A DNA stretch of 64,000 nucleotides. It comes from Azolla caroliniana (lineage: Eukaryota; Plantae; Polypodiophyta). The stretch is from contig JBHGNT010000001.1 in NCBI GenBank assembly GCA_043228905.1, forward strand, positions 8,928,001-8,992,000, given 5' to 3'. Position numbers and translations under genes: made by a program. This document shows, in pieces, positions 40,501-54,811 of this stretch (positions within the stretch are counted from its first letter, which is position 1; the number at the start of each line of letters is the position of its first letter). Under the pieces are notes generated by a model. That model did not search any database. It saw nothing but the letters and a program-made list of their open reading frames with translations, and was not told where the DNA came from.

Positions 40501-41284
40501 ACAGACAAAGTACCCCCCCAGTTTTTTTATTCGTTTTGATATTTATGTGAATTATGTGTCATCCCAAGTCTTTAAAGAATTATCAAAATACCCCCTTTAT
40601 AATATTTTTACTTTTGTTTTGTACTATGGAGGGGGTATTCAGGATAATATGCTAGAAACAATTAGGCGTATTTAGGTGTGTTATCTTCCCCTTTTTTCAT
40701 GGTTGTTTTGTTTAAAGATAACATACATATAAGTTTTGTTATCTTTTGATATTAAAAAGTATTTAATTTCAATATCAATGATGACATTTTAGGCAGAGAC
40801 TCTGGCGAGCTTCAAGCCAACCATCAATCATAAGGTGCTGGTCATGAGCTTCAGCCGGATTTTGGAAGTGACGGAAAATGCAATGAGGATCTTTAACACC
40901 ACACGCCACATTGTCGTATACTACGAAGAGCTCTTAAAAAGCAATGAGGTAAGCAGTGTACCTAAAGTGTGTTTATGTATGTAGCCTTAACTAATCGTTT
41001 TTATAAACATGCAGACACATGTTTACAGATAGATAAAACATGCTTAAATTTATGAGCTCAGATCCTGACTTTTGTTTTCTGACATATTTTTTTGTTTTTT
41101 TATCTCGTAGAAGTTAGATCGAGCTCAAGAATTCTTGGGTGTTCCACCAATGACGCTTAAGAGCCAGCAAGTGAAGATACACACAAAGCCATTGTCAGAG
41201 CAAATTCAGAACTGGGATGAGGTATACAAGGTATTACAAGGGACCAAGTTTGAAGAGTTTTTGGCACACAATGAGTTTGTATAA
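37473..41284 (+). CDS. Membrane-anchored sulfotransferase-like protein (NodH/Stf0-like, P-loop fold), about 361 aa
   Basis: Exons 37473-37544, 39346-39590, 39739-39997, 40290-40469, 40793-40948, 41111-41284 (1086 nt). N-terminal TM segment LLLIIVGLCGLSICFI; PAPS-binding-loop-like motif LSMQRSGSGWFETLLNNHPNISSHGEIF; also AVGFKWMLNQ, IFLIRRNLLRRLVS, VYYEEL and VKIHTKPLSEQIQNW. The short first exon is the least certain. Confidence 0.9.
38775..39027. repeat. Three-copy tandem repeat ending in (CTAT)n, in sulfotransferase intron 1
   Basis: TGTTTCTAAAA(T/C)TGGTT(A/G)TGCACATATTATGCTACAA.TGGAAACATT.GGTGACTTCT occurs three times. Confidence 0.9.
40494..40690. mobile_element. Highly degenerate MULE-like MITE in sulfotransferase intron 4
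   Basis: Inverted pair TTATCAAAATACCCCC / GGGGGTATTCAGGATAA and a terminal ...TCTTCCC. Confidence 0.45.
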
Positions 41285-44200
41285 ATGAACCAAAAATGCA
41301 AAAGAAAAACAAATTTATATGATCACTAAGTCTTATGTAAAATTTATATAATTCACGTGGTGCTTAAAAAGTCTTATGTAAAATTTCCTCTTTCTTTTCT
41401 TTTTCTTAATATCAATGTAAGGAGGCCAACTTGTAAGCCACCTTCAGAAATTGGAAATTTAGAAAAGTATCAATACAAAGAATGATTTCATATTTCAATG
41501 GTAACCATGTACCCTCTTTCATTCATCTTGGTCAAAAATTTCAATCCCTGCCCACCCCCATAAAAAGGTGCATATATACAAGACGCCTTTTGTTGACATG
41601 ATTATAGTTGCTTAAAAGAGCTCGATAAGAATATTCACCTTTAGAGGCGTGCTAGAACAATGCAACATCAAGTAGCAATATAAGACATACCATACAAAGA
41701 CTTGTTTCAAATTGATTGCATAAAGAGAACGTAGAGATTGCCAAGGCCTAGTTGATTGAAGGTTAAGTGATAATCTCTTGCTGTCACTCCAAGCAATAGA
41801 TCATTAATCCCTTTCTTGAACCAATTTGTGAAGATCATTAATCCCTTCATAGTCATTCTTCTTGTGGTTCAACATAATTCCATGTTCTATGAAGCAAGAA
41901 ACAAGACATTTAGTTGAATGTATATATAATGTATGTATGTGTATGTGTGCGTATATATATAGAAGAAAGACCATATGTATTTTGTCAAACAGAAATCAAA
42001 ACATAGATACGATGTTATAAGGGATCCACTATTTCAAGGAGATAAAGAGTGTCCAAAAGAAATGTAATGGTTCTATTCTTCACAAATTTGTGCTCTGATA
42101 AGGTTAGCATTACTCTTTTCCTTAGCCATCCCAAGGCCTAATGGGTGTTTATGACATTAAATTTAAGGCAAGTGTGCATGTACATGTAATCTTGTGTATA
42201 ACTTCTCAAACTTCTAAAAACTGTAGTAAATCGTTTTAAACTAGTTGAGAAGTTGCTCCATAACATTAAGTCATCATAGAAAGAGAATATTGAATGTATC
42301 TGTCCATCTGAACGGAACCATGGATTTTGTAAACACTATATAAATATTGAGAGCACATGATCCAAAAAGGTTTAAAAATAAGTTTAACAAAGCAAACTTT
42401 TTTCAAGGGTATAAAAAATTAACATATTGCTATTGGGAGAAACACCATAATTTCCCTAACTTTTCTACTATTTAATGGATGCCCACAAGTTTAAAACGAA
42501 CAGGAGAACATCCGTATGTTTTTAAGAGTTTGCCACACTCTTTAATGAATTTATTCATATAGCAATAACTAACTAGCAATTAACTGCAAATTACATTTAT
42601 CAGAATAAGTTGTCATTCATTCACATTGTTTTTTGGACAACTTGAAGTTACTAACACTTCTGATTTCGATTTGGCAATGCTATCTCGTAGTGTGTGTGGT
42701 TTTTAAATTCCTCATGAAGCATAATAGAGTAGAATGTAACGGAAATTAATGAATTATAACAAATTGATTACATATCTTCATGCATGAGGATACTCCATTA
42801 CATCTTGTTAGCAATCTTGTGGTATAATGACATTTATTTAAACAAACAAATTACATTATTTTCCATATGTGCGTGCAATTAAATAAAGAAAGCAAGGTGT
42901 TGACCTTTGCCCATTCTTATGTCTTCATCAACGAAAGATTTAAGCAATGAAAGCAAAAGCGATAAATAAGTAGCACAACTAGTTTAATTTTCTTTCATAT
43001 AGATCTTGACCACAATAAAAATAATTTATTTTTAGCTTACTCTTTGTGGAAACATTATAGACATAGCAATATATATTGTTGCATGAATTGTTTTTTTGCA
43101 AATACTAAAGATTATCATTCTTGGTTGGTGACGGTGGAAAGAAAATGATGAGCCCTCTATAAATATCTCAACCCAAATCCAGCGTTGAAAAACTCCTCTT
43201 CTTTGAGTAAAGACATTGGCTAGTGAATAATGCATATAAAATTTTGTAACGTTCTTTAGGATATATCAATGCACATAAAAATTATAATCTTTGTCACGAT
43301 AATCCAAATTCATTTTACTTGATCATATGACTACATGCAACTTTTCCCAATGGTTTTGAACTACCTGTCATCTAAATGAGTGTTTAGGAAAAACAATATT
43401 TGAACAATGTTGGACAAATTGAGGCACGAGGCTCCATAAAACTCTTTAGTTCCCTTTATCCATTTGGCTCGTATCCATAGTATTAGATTTACTTTTACAT
43501 TGAAGAAATAAGCAGAAGGCCATTATTAATTGCAACAACTAGGTCCCACAACGGTTTAGGTGCATTTATCTATAGTTTAGAAACCAACGAGCGATGATGA
43601 ACCAAATCCAACATGAGAGTTCCCATTGGTTGTTTTGACACTCTACACGATTGTTTCAAGATGTATTGTCTTTCAATATCCTTCTTAAGAATCACCTTGA
43701 GGTCGGTGTGTGGTTACATACCATCGTCTATCCTCTTGTTGGCACTAGAGGCAAGAGTGAGTGTCAATCACCCCAATGTGCTTACACATTGACTAACTAG
43801 CAAAGCAAAGTCTAATCCTACTCTACAACTTGATCATTTAGAGAATATAAAGTAAACACTTAACTCATATGAGATTTTACCACAACTCAAACACTTGATA
43901 GAAGAGTGACAAGGCAATAAATCACCAATGTGAGTATGCTTGCATTAATCCATGCTCTAAGTTACAACTTATAAAGATTGCAAGGCTTAGGCTTATAAAT
44001 AATCTTGAGCTTAGGCTCTAGAAAGATATATCAAATGAGGAAGAACCTCTACAAAAGGTTTACAAATTCCCCTTTGTAGTTCCTCCTTATTAATTGATAC
44101 TGCAACTTACTCCTTTTTTCGCATGAGATGGCGTTAAGATTTATAGATATTACCTTTATACATAACAACAATGAACCTCTTTGCCTCTCTAATTGCCTAG

Positions 44201-45138
44201 TTCTACAATGAGTCTTCATTATATATCCTTGGACCAAAGCATTAGAGGTGAGATGCCTGATGGATACTTAACAATTGTAAAAAAAACCAAATTCTTAACA
44301 ACAACTTTTTTTGAATTGATAGTAGTCGTTCAAAGACAATTTTGCGTTGTCGAATCAAAAGCCTCATTGCCAAGGGGAATGTCATGGTGCATATAATCTC
44401 ATTTAGTTAGTTGATAACGTTAGTTAGTTGGAAAACAAAATTTCAACTAAACCCCCCAATCACCTAAAACTTCAATCAATAAACCAAATGTTCTCGTCGC
44501 CAACAATTCAAACAATGTTAAATTCACCCACATGAAATGATGTAGTGGGTTTAGTAAGGGATTTTTACATTCTAAACTATGACAAACTAGCCCTTACTCA
44601 TTGTGGAGACAAATAGGAGCTTGGGGTTCCATGACCTATTGAACCTTCTAATGTATAGGATTGGGAACCTTTTTTGTGGGCTTTCCCAAGCAAGAAAACA
44701 AATAATGGTATCCATTATAGGAGACAAATATGTTTCTTTGACATGAAAAGCCGATTTCCTAACCACTAGATGAGAACCCTACGAGATGTTAAGTGACCTC
44801 ATTGGCTTGTAGCACTAGCCATGTAGTTGTTAGTGAATCCACGCCAGTGATGGGAGCTTGGTGGAGTACAACCATGTGCCTAATCTTGCTCACTTCCATG
44901 TTGTTAGTGGCTATGCGGGTATCATTCTCCGTGTTAACCTCTTGTACCTATGTTTGGGTTTGTTGTGACACTTCTTCTTGAGAGACCTCAAGGTTGTTAT
45001 TTGTTGTATGTTATCAAGTGTGTGGTACCCCCAATGAAGTTTGCAGTTGAGTCTAGATTGGCTCATTGGTTGCAATAGATCACACAAATTAGTGGTTGCA
45101 AGCATTTTGGGGTAGGGGGAGAGTTGTTTGGTCCTACT

Positions 45139-45439
45139 TGTCGAATACAAGTGTATAATGGACGTATTCACACTATCCCTTTGTATAGATCAAGTTTGGG
45201 CCATTTGTGTAATTAGCATAAATGGTAGTTGCCCTAAGTCGGTCACTATATATAGTGACCTTGTAACCTTTTTGTAAGGTTGGTTGTATTATTGTTTCTA
45301 TGGAATAGAAAGTCTTTTGTGCCTCCCTCTCTCTCTCTCTCTCTCTCTGTGCACGATCTTAGAAACTGTCATACGCAGGTACTCAACCCCAATCGAATGC
45401 TTCTTGATCTTCCGCATTGACGGCCCTTTGTCTCCAACA
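45139..45439 (+). repeat. 5' LTR (301 bp)
   Basis: TGTCGAATACAAG...TCTCCAACA; contains a TATA-like TATATATA and (CT)11. Confidence 0.98.
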
Positions 45440-46141
45440 TCTGGTATCAGAGCCTGCACAGTATTCGGTCCTTCAACATCGCTGTCGGCCGTCGTCTCAG
45501 CCTGCATAGCATTCGGTTTCCTGCGTCATTCGAAGAAGAGAGAAGAAGAAGAAAAAAACGAGGCTTGCATCTCATCGCATTAGATCATCTTCGCTTGGAG
45601 TAAGCCAGCCGGTTGTACTCTGTTCCTTGTGATCGTAACCGCTCGAGGTGAAATCCCCTTGTGCAACATTCACACGATCGTGCTCCACTCGGTTAAACGG
45701 CATCCGAAGAGGTCATCAAACGCTGCTCGCCGCTCATTGTAACCACTCGGTGCAGATCGGTCTCAAGACAACAACCCAAATTCGTGCTTCATCCGGCTGA
45801 TCGACATTCGGGAGGATCAGTTGGATTCGTCTCTCTCATCGCTGCAGTCACCCGAAGCAGAATCGGTCCAGACAATCGGTTTCAATAATCGGTATTTGGC
45901 ATATATATATTCGGAAGCGAACCGGGCTCACTCCGACTCGGCAACATTCGGGAAGACCAGTCGGTTCTGTCCCTCAAGTTACCGGAGTCAATTCGAGCAA
46001 GTTCAACAATACATATATCCGAAGCCGAACCGACTCGGGTTCAAATCCGACTAGAACGATATCGGGTGAGCCAACCGGCTGCACTCCAACAAGGTTCGTA
46101 GTCAACTCCGAACCGAGCTTCGTCAACCGAAACCAAATTTG

Positions 46142-49100
46142 ATGGCATCAACATCCGGCTCGTCAGAAATGAGTCTACGAAAGTTCGATGGATCGAACTT
46201 CAACTTCTGGAAGGAGCAAATGCAGGACTATCTCATAGTCAAGGGGCAAATCGATCCCATCGAAAATGAAGAACCTCCAGAAGGATACAAACCAATTGAG
46301 TGGCAGAAGCTGGACAGAATCGTCCGCGCCACGATTCGGATGCACCTATCGGAATCGGTATACTTTACGGTGCAATCGTGTACGACAGCATTCGAACTGT
46401 GGAAAACACTGTCAGACACTTACGAAAAGAAGGTCGCTGCAACAAAGATGTTTCTGATCCGGCGCCTCTACAACTTGCGGATGAAAGAATCCGATTCGGT
46501 TCAAGCACATCTCAATGAGTACGAAAGCATAAGCTCCCAAATCTCATCTCAGGGGACGGCAATCGAGGATGAACTCAGAGCAATGATACTCATGAGCAGC
46601 CTTCCCTCATCATGGGAAACTTTCGTCACAACCGTGTGCAATGTGTCAACCACGGCTGTTAAATACTCCGAAGTCACGAGCGCAATCCTGACCGAAGCAG
46701 CTCGGAGAAAGTCTTTCGCCAAAGACTCAACAGACGACGCTTATGTAGTACAAGGTTCGACAGACCGATCGAACATACGAGGAAGAGATTCCTCACGGCA
46801 GCCGAACAATCAGCGAAGACGGAGCCAGTCACGGGATAATCGAATCTGCAACTATTGCAAGAAACCCGGACACATCAAAGCCGACTGCCGCGCACTCAAG
46901 AACAAGAACGACAAGTCTCAGAAATCAGACAAGAAGAGTGGCCGGCATGAGGAGATCAATTACGTCAGCTTCTCAGCTGATGTGCTACCAAACGACCCGA
47001 ATATACTATCAATCGAAAATCCAGTCGGATCAGAAGTTCTGCTCACGACTGAAGAATCGAGCACATGGCTCTTAGATTCGGGCGCGTCATTTCACGTGAC
47101 TCCTCATCGATCCCAATTTCGGCAATATACGATCCGTCACTCCGACTCAGTTCGAGTCGGCAACTCGCAACACTGTGACATCATTGGAATCGGCACAGTA
47201 GAGCTCAACCTTGCAGGTGGCTCTACACTTGTACTTCACAATGTCTGACATGTACCCGAGCTCTCAAGGCCATTGATCTCAGTCGGACAACTAGATGAAG
47301 ACGACATTCGTGCCGGTTTCTCTTCGGGAGGGTGGACACTCCACAGGGGGAACCTCCTGCTTGCTAGAGGACCCAAGATACACTCACTGTATCCGTTACA
47401 TGTTACGCTCAGAGAGGGTAACCTGTTTTTGGTGGATATTCCTGTGTCATCACTATGGCACAGAAGATTAGGACACCTCAGCAAGGCCGGCATTACGCAT
47501 CTATCTAGAGCCGGATACATCCCTAAACTCTCCTTCTCCGACCATCAATTCTGCGAACATTGCCAGTATGGCAAACAAGCAGCCGCATCACACTCGACAT
47601 CAGCACCAAGAGAAACGAGACCTCTCGATTTAGTCCACTCGGACGTCTGTGGCCCAATGCCGCATCAGTCTCTCGACGGTGCCTCTTACTTCGTCAGTTT
47701 TATTGACGATTCGACTCGAAAGGTGTGGGCTTATCCAATTCGCACCAAAGATCGTGTCTTCTCGATCTTCTCCGATTGGCTCACTATGGTAGAAAATCAA
47801 ACCGACCGAAAACTGAAATGCTTTCGGACCGACAATGGGGGAGAGTTCAAATCAGAAGAATTCGTCAAATTCTGCCGACAACGCGGCATCCGACGTGAAT
47901 TTACGGCACCACACAGTCCGGAGCAAAACGGGATTGCAGAACGAATGAATCGGACAATCCAAGAACGGATAGTTTCCATGCTCCAACACTCCGGACTGTC
48001 GGATGGCTTCTGGGCAGAGGCTCTACTCACGGCAGTACACATAATCAATATGTCGCCAAGTAGACCTCTAGGACTTCAAATTCCTCAGGAACTATGGATC
48101 GGCAGTAAGCCGAATTACGACAAGCTGAGGATCTTCGGATGCGAGGCGTACGCCCTTATTCCGAAAGATGATCGCCGAAAACTTGCACCTCGGTCCAGGA
48201 AATGCATTTTCCTTGGATATGGATCAGACGGCGAAATGGGATACCGACTCTGGGACCCCGAACGCAGACAAATCGTTCGAAGTTCGGACGTTGTGTTCAA
48301 CGAGTCGGCTATGAATCCATCAGTTGAAAAACCGATCGAAGTCCGAAGGGTAACATTTTCCGATGTGCCGACCCTTCAAGAAGGCCCCGCTCTTAACACA
48401 CGGTCAGCTTCACGGGTAGCTGAACCTTACACCACCGACTCGGACAACTCTGACTCGGCACAGCAGAATAATTCGCTTTCGGACCATCCGACCTCGATAC
48501 CCGACGCGACCAGTCCAATCATACCTCAACGATCCGAGAGACTGTCGCAACCTCCGGAGAGGTATTCTCCTGGAATTTTTTTCACCGACGCCGGCGAACC
48601 GACGTCTTACGAAGAAGCATCGACATCTGTCGATTCAGCCACCTGGCATCTGGCGATGGAGTCGGAAATGCACTCCATTCGGGCAAACAAGACTTGGGAT
48701 CTGGTCGAATTACCTAAGAATCGACGGGCTCTTCCTTGCAAGTGGGTTTATCGACTAAAAGAGACGTCTGATTCGACCACCCCAAAGTACAAGGCCAGAT
48801 TAGTTGCGAAGGGCTTCCGACAAGAATATGGCGTCAACTTCGACGAGATTTTTTCACCAATGGTGAAAATGACAACCCTTCGTTTTCTACTCGGCGTAGT
48901 GGCAGCCGACAACTTGGAGCTGATTCAGCTAGATGTCAAAACAACCTTCCTCCATGGTGATCTTGAAGAGGAAATTTATATGGAGCAGCCAAAAGGCTTC
49001 GTGGCAACTGGCCAAGAACATCTAGTCTGCCGACTCAGGAAGAGTCTATACGGCCTCAAACAGGCACCGCGACAATGGTACAAGAAGTTCGACGACTTCA

Positions 49101-50173
49101 TCCAATCGATCGGCTTCTCAAAAAGCGATGAGGACCATTGTCTTTTTACCAACACAGCTCACGATGGATCACCCATCTTCCTCATCATTTACGTGGACGA
49201 CATGCTAATTTCTGGACGCCACGCGGGCGAACTTGCCGATCTCATTCGGCAACTGCGGTTGAAGTTTGCCATGAAGGACCTCGGTCCGGCACGACACATA
49301 CTTGGCATGAAGATTAGTCGGCATCGCGATAAACGACATCTTTTTTTGTCTCAGACCGACTATATCGGACGTGTCTTGGAACGCTTCAACATGAAATCAG
49401 CCAAATCTGCTTCAACCCCGCTCCCCATGAATCTTCGGCTCTCTCAGCGAGACTGCCCGACATCCGGTCCGGAGGGGGAAGATATGAAGTCGGTACCGTA
49501 TGCACCGGCAGTCGGCTCCCTTATGTACCTGATGGTCGCGACACGGCCTGATATCTCTCATGCCGTAGGAGTCGTTAGCAGATTTATGCACAATCCTGGC
49601 CGATCGCATTGGAACGCAATCAAGCATGTGTTCAAATATCTGGCTGGCACAAAAGATCACGGCATTCTTTTCGGTCCGAACTCAACCTCAGGCGTAGTCG
49701 GTTACACCGACTCGGACTTCGCCGGCTGTATAGACAGTCGGAAATCAACAACCGGATACTGCTTCAAATTCGGCAATGGAGCAATTTCGTGGAAGTCGAA
49801 ACTTCAGGAGTGCACAGCGACCTCAACGACCGAAGCAGAATATGTAGCTGCGTCCGACGCTGCAAAAGAAGCTTTGTGGCTCGGCCGGCTAGCGCACACG
49901 TTTCGGCAAGTCGACCATGACTCGGCTCCAGTTGTCTATAGCGACAGTCAAGGTGCTGTTGCCTTGTCGAGAAATCCGGTTCACCACAACGCCTCCAAAC
50001 ATATCGACGTTCGATATCACTTCGTTCGGGACTGCGTCATTTCAGGGAAAATCGGTCTAGAGAAAATATCCACAACCGACAATGTCGCAGATGGAATGAC
50101 CAAGTGTCTTTCGGCAGACCGCTTTCGGTCCCTTCGGCATCAGATGGGCGTAACGACAAACCAGTCCGGTTAG
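46142..50173 (+). pseudogene. Copia gag-pol polyprotein interrupted by a single in-frame TGA at 47246-47248
   Basis: ORFs 46139-47248 and 47273-50173 share a frame. Zinc knuckle CNYCKKPGHIKADC, protease LLDSGASFH, integrase LWHRRLGH..CEHC and HSDVCGP/RTDNGGE/NGIAERMN, RT YVDDML, RNase H DSD/EAEY/DSQ/ADGMTK. Confidence 0.95.
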
Positions 50174-50366
50174 AGCCGGACACAACGCAGGATGGTTTCA
50201 GACAACCGACATCAGTTCCCTAATGATCGGCTTCAACTCTTCCAACCCGACCAGTCCGGTCTTCTGCCTTTGGACCCTGCCGACTCGAACAAAACTGATA
50301 TGTCCGAGAACCTAGGTTTATACCTGTAATCTTAGATAACCCATGTATACGCCCATTACGGGGGAG

Positions 50367-50550
50367 TGTCGAATACAAGTGTATAATGGACGTATTCACA
50401 CTATCCCTTTGTATAGATCAAGTTTGGGCCATTTGTGTAATTAGCATAAATGGTAGTTGCCCTAAGTCGGTCACTATATATAGTGACCTTGTAACCTTTT
50501 TGTAAGGTTGGTTGTATTATTGTTTCTATGGAATAGAAAGTCTTTTGTGC

Positions 50551-50621
<71 letters not shown>

Positions 50622-50708
50622 ACGATCTTAGAAACTGTCATACGCAGGTACTCAACCCCAATCGAATGCTTCTTGATCTTCTGCATTGACGGCCCTTTGT
50701 CTCCAACA
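50367..50708 (+). repeat. 3' LTR (342 bp)
   Basis: Matches the 5' LTR except for (CT)32, a 1-nt indel at the microsatellite edge and one C/T substitution. Confidence 0.98.
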
Positions 50709-52214
50709 CTACTGACCATGATGTGTGTACTTGGATTGACTTTGATGATCATGATGCTTGTGGCAATCCTCTCACTCCCTTTGTTTATGGTGATCATAGT
50801 GATTGTGCCAATCATATTGAGATGCATGTTTTGGTGACATTTTCTTACACTCTAAAGAGTTGTTGTAGTGGGATGCTCGATAGGACCTCAATAAATATTT
50901 TGATGGCTGCATTTCTCATAAGAATGAGGGGTCACATGAAAGTCGGGAAATGTTATGGGTGGAGATGTTGTCACGAATATATGTTGAAGGGCCCTCATTG
51001 TTAGCTATGGTTCAAATACTACATCCTCTCCATCGTGGTGTCAAGAGCATTTGTGAGGAAGTCCATGAGGTCTATGTGTTTAAGGAGGCATTCACAAATG
51101 GTTGACTTTAAGATTGTTTTCTAGTCCAATATGTGAGATTAGTTCAAAAGATGGCACAACAAACTCCCCAAACCAAATGAGGAATTAGAATAACGTCTAA
51201 CGAGAAAGTTTTCACACTATGTAGAAGTAGTTGGTGGCCTCTTACATCAAAACTTCATATGAAACATAGGTTAGAATATCACACATATCTCGTTGAAGGT
51301 GAGGAGTAGATTGGCCAATGATTGATTATGATAGGTAATGGTTCGATAATCTAAGGAGAGCTTCAACTTTTACACATCGAACAATCAAGATCGAAAACAT
51401 TCAAATGTTGAGCCACGTGATTCATATTCTATATCGAGACGAATGCCACTACATGCTCTAATGTTATGCATTAGTTGTTCACAAACAATTATGACACATC
51501 ATTCTCTAAAAAGAAGTAGTTGAAAATGAGGAAGGTGTGATATGTGTCACCACACTATTGGTGACCTCTTGGACTATCGATGGAACTTTTTGGGTTGATT
51601 AGAGTTAAGGTGTTGCTCCCATCTCATCATTTGACTCAATGTAATGTCATCCCTTGGTGGTTGTCATCTCGTTGAACATACTCTACCTTTTGCTACTACC
51701 CAATGAATAACTCCTTTGTGGTCACCAAATGTCGACAATTATTCTCTACCATTGGCATGGGTTCCAAATGTGTACATCGATAACAGACAAGTAAACAACG
51801 TACTAAAAAACACCGAATTGGTATCGTGACTTAAAAAACTTATGCTGATTAAAGGGCACGCATCTCTCGTCTCCATTACGTGAGGCCATGATTTTCGAGC
51901 GAACCATAAGTTCGAACAATGAATTAGAACAATTGTTTGGAGGTTGATACATTAGGGAGCCCAAATCAATTTTGGTTATCAGTTGGATGGATGGGAAGAG
52001 AAGGTGTGAATCCAAATTCTAGTCCATATACATACCATATTCCCATTTCCAAGTAGAAACCAGGTGGAAGGCATTTCTGCAGAGAAAGAGAAAGGCAGTG
52101 TGTGTTGTAAGGAAGGAAGGAACGCAGGCGGAGAAGACCTGAAGGCTCATTGTCTTCTTCCCCACAATCTCTCTCTCTGTGGCAGAATCAGATCGACGTC
52201 CTTCTTCTCTACAG

Positions 52215-52215
52215 G

Positions 52216-52265
<50 letters not shown>

Positions 52266-53120
52266 ATCTTTTAGCTCTTTTTGGACCTGTGCATCCTTGT
52301 GTTTTTGTTTTGAGTTTGCTTGAGGATGATCTTCCAAAGGTTAGATCTGGCTCCGAGTTTCTGTTCCCCATCTCTTTTCCCGTCTGTGCCATATTCTGAG
52401 ATTTTCTGAGTTCCAATGTGCGTGCTCTAGTTTGGCGCTTTCGGATTCGCCTTTTGTTCCCGATCCGTCCGTTTCTGGCTGTAATTGTCGCCTTCTCTCT
52501 GCCTGCCCTTGTGCTTTTTCTACTGTTGTACGGCTTGTGCTTCCAAGTTTCTTGAAGCTGTAGCTCCACACGTTCTAGAAAACGCCACTTCGAACAGTGC
52601 CTTCTCTTTCTGCTTCTCTTCGATCGTTTACTCCTGTTTCTAAGTTTGGGAAACGTTATTTGGATAATCATGGAGCTTTCAAGCGCCGTCTTTTCTGGAA
52701 ACGTTCTGGTTTTTCTCTTGTTATATATGCGATTTCGTGGCGCCATACCTTGTAACTCAATGATTGCTTTGTGAACTCCGTTTTTCGAAAAAAAATCCGT
52801 TTTTGCTCTGCTTATCTTTCTGATTTTTTGGAACCATACACTGTCAGTGAATGCTGTCTTCGAGAGCTTTATTTTTATGGTATAAGCTTTAAGATTTTGT
52901 GGCAACTTACCACTCCATTTTATGTTACTGAAATTTCTACACGAGACATAAGCTCTCCAAGTACATTACATCATACCGCTTCCTTTTAAGTTAATAAAAT
53001 GTTTTCTCTGCTTACCGCAGATCATATGTTTTGGAAAATTTCTGAAGACCTATCGTCTCCCAGCAATGGTTTTTGTTTCTTCTAATCAAACATGTTTTAT
53101 TAAACTGCCACAGCTTGCAG
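52215..53120 (+). promoter_or_regulatory. Probable actin 5'-UTR leader intron
   Basis: Donor CTACAG|GTTCTG at 52215 follows a CT-rich leader and precedes a (TG)n tract; an alternative donor AAAG|GTTAGA lies near 52340. Acceptors CCACAG (53113) and TTGCAG (53120) sit just before the ATG. Leader introns are typical of plant actin genes. Confidence 0.55.
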
Positions 53121-53135
53121 TAACTACAACTCAAG

Positions 53136-54811
<1,676 letters not shown>

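Larger units (their letters stand above)
45139..50708 (+). mobile_element. Full-length Ty1/copia LTR retrotransposon (Tnt1/Tork-like)
   Basis: 5' LTR 45139-45439 and 3' LTR 50367-50708, both TG...CA. 5-bp TSD CTACT at 45134-45138 and 50709-50713. PBS TGGTATCAGAGCC (tRNA-iMet) at 45442-45454. PPT GGGGGAG immediately before 50367. Domain order gag-PR-INT-RT-RH. Confidence 0.99.

Noticed and set aside
52147-52905. 252-aa basic ORF on the minus strand
   Set aside because: Antisense to the T/C-rich actin leader intron, which naturally yields Lys/Arg-rich stop-poor frames; includes a (CA)n-derived HT repeat.
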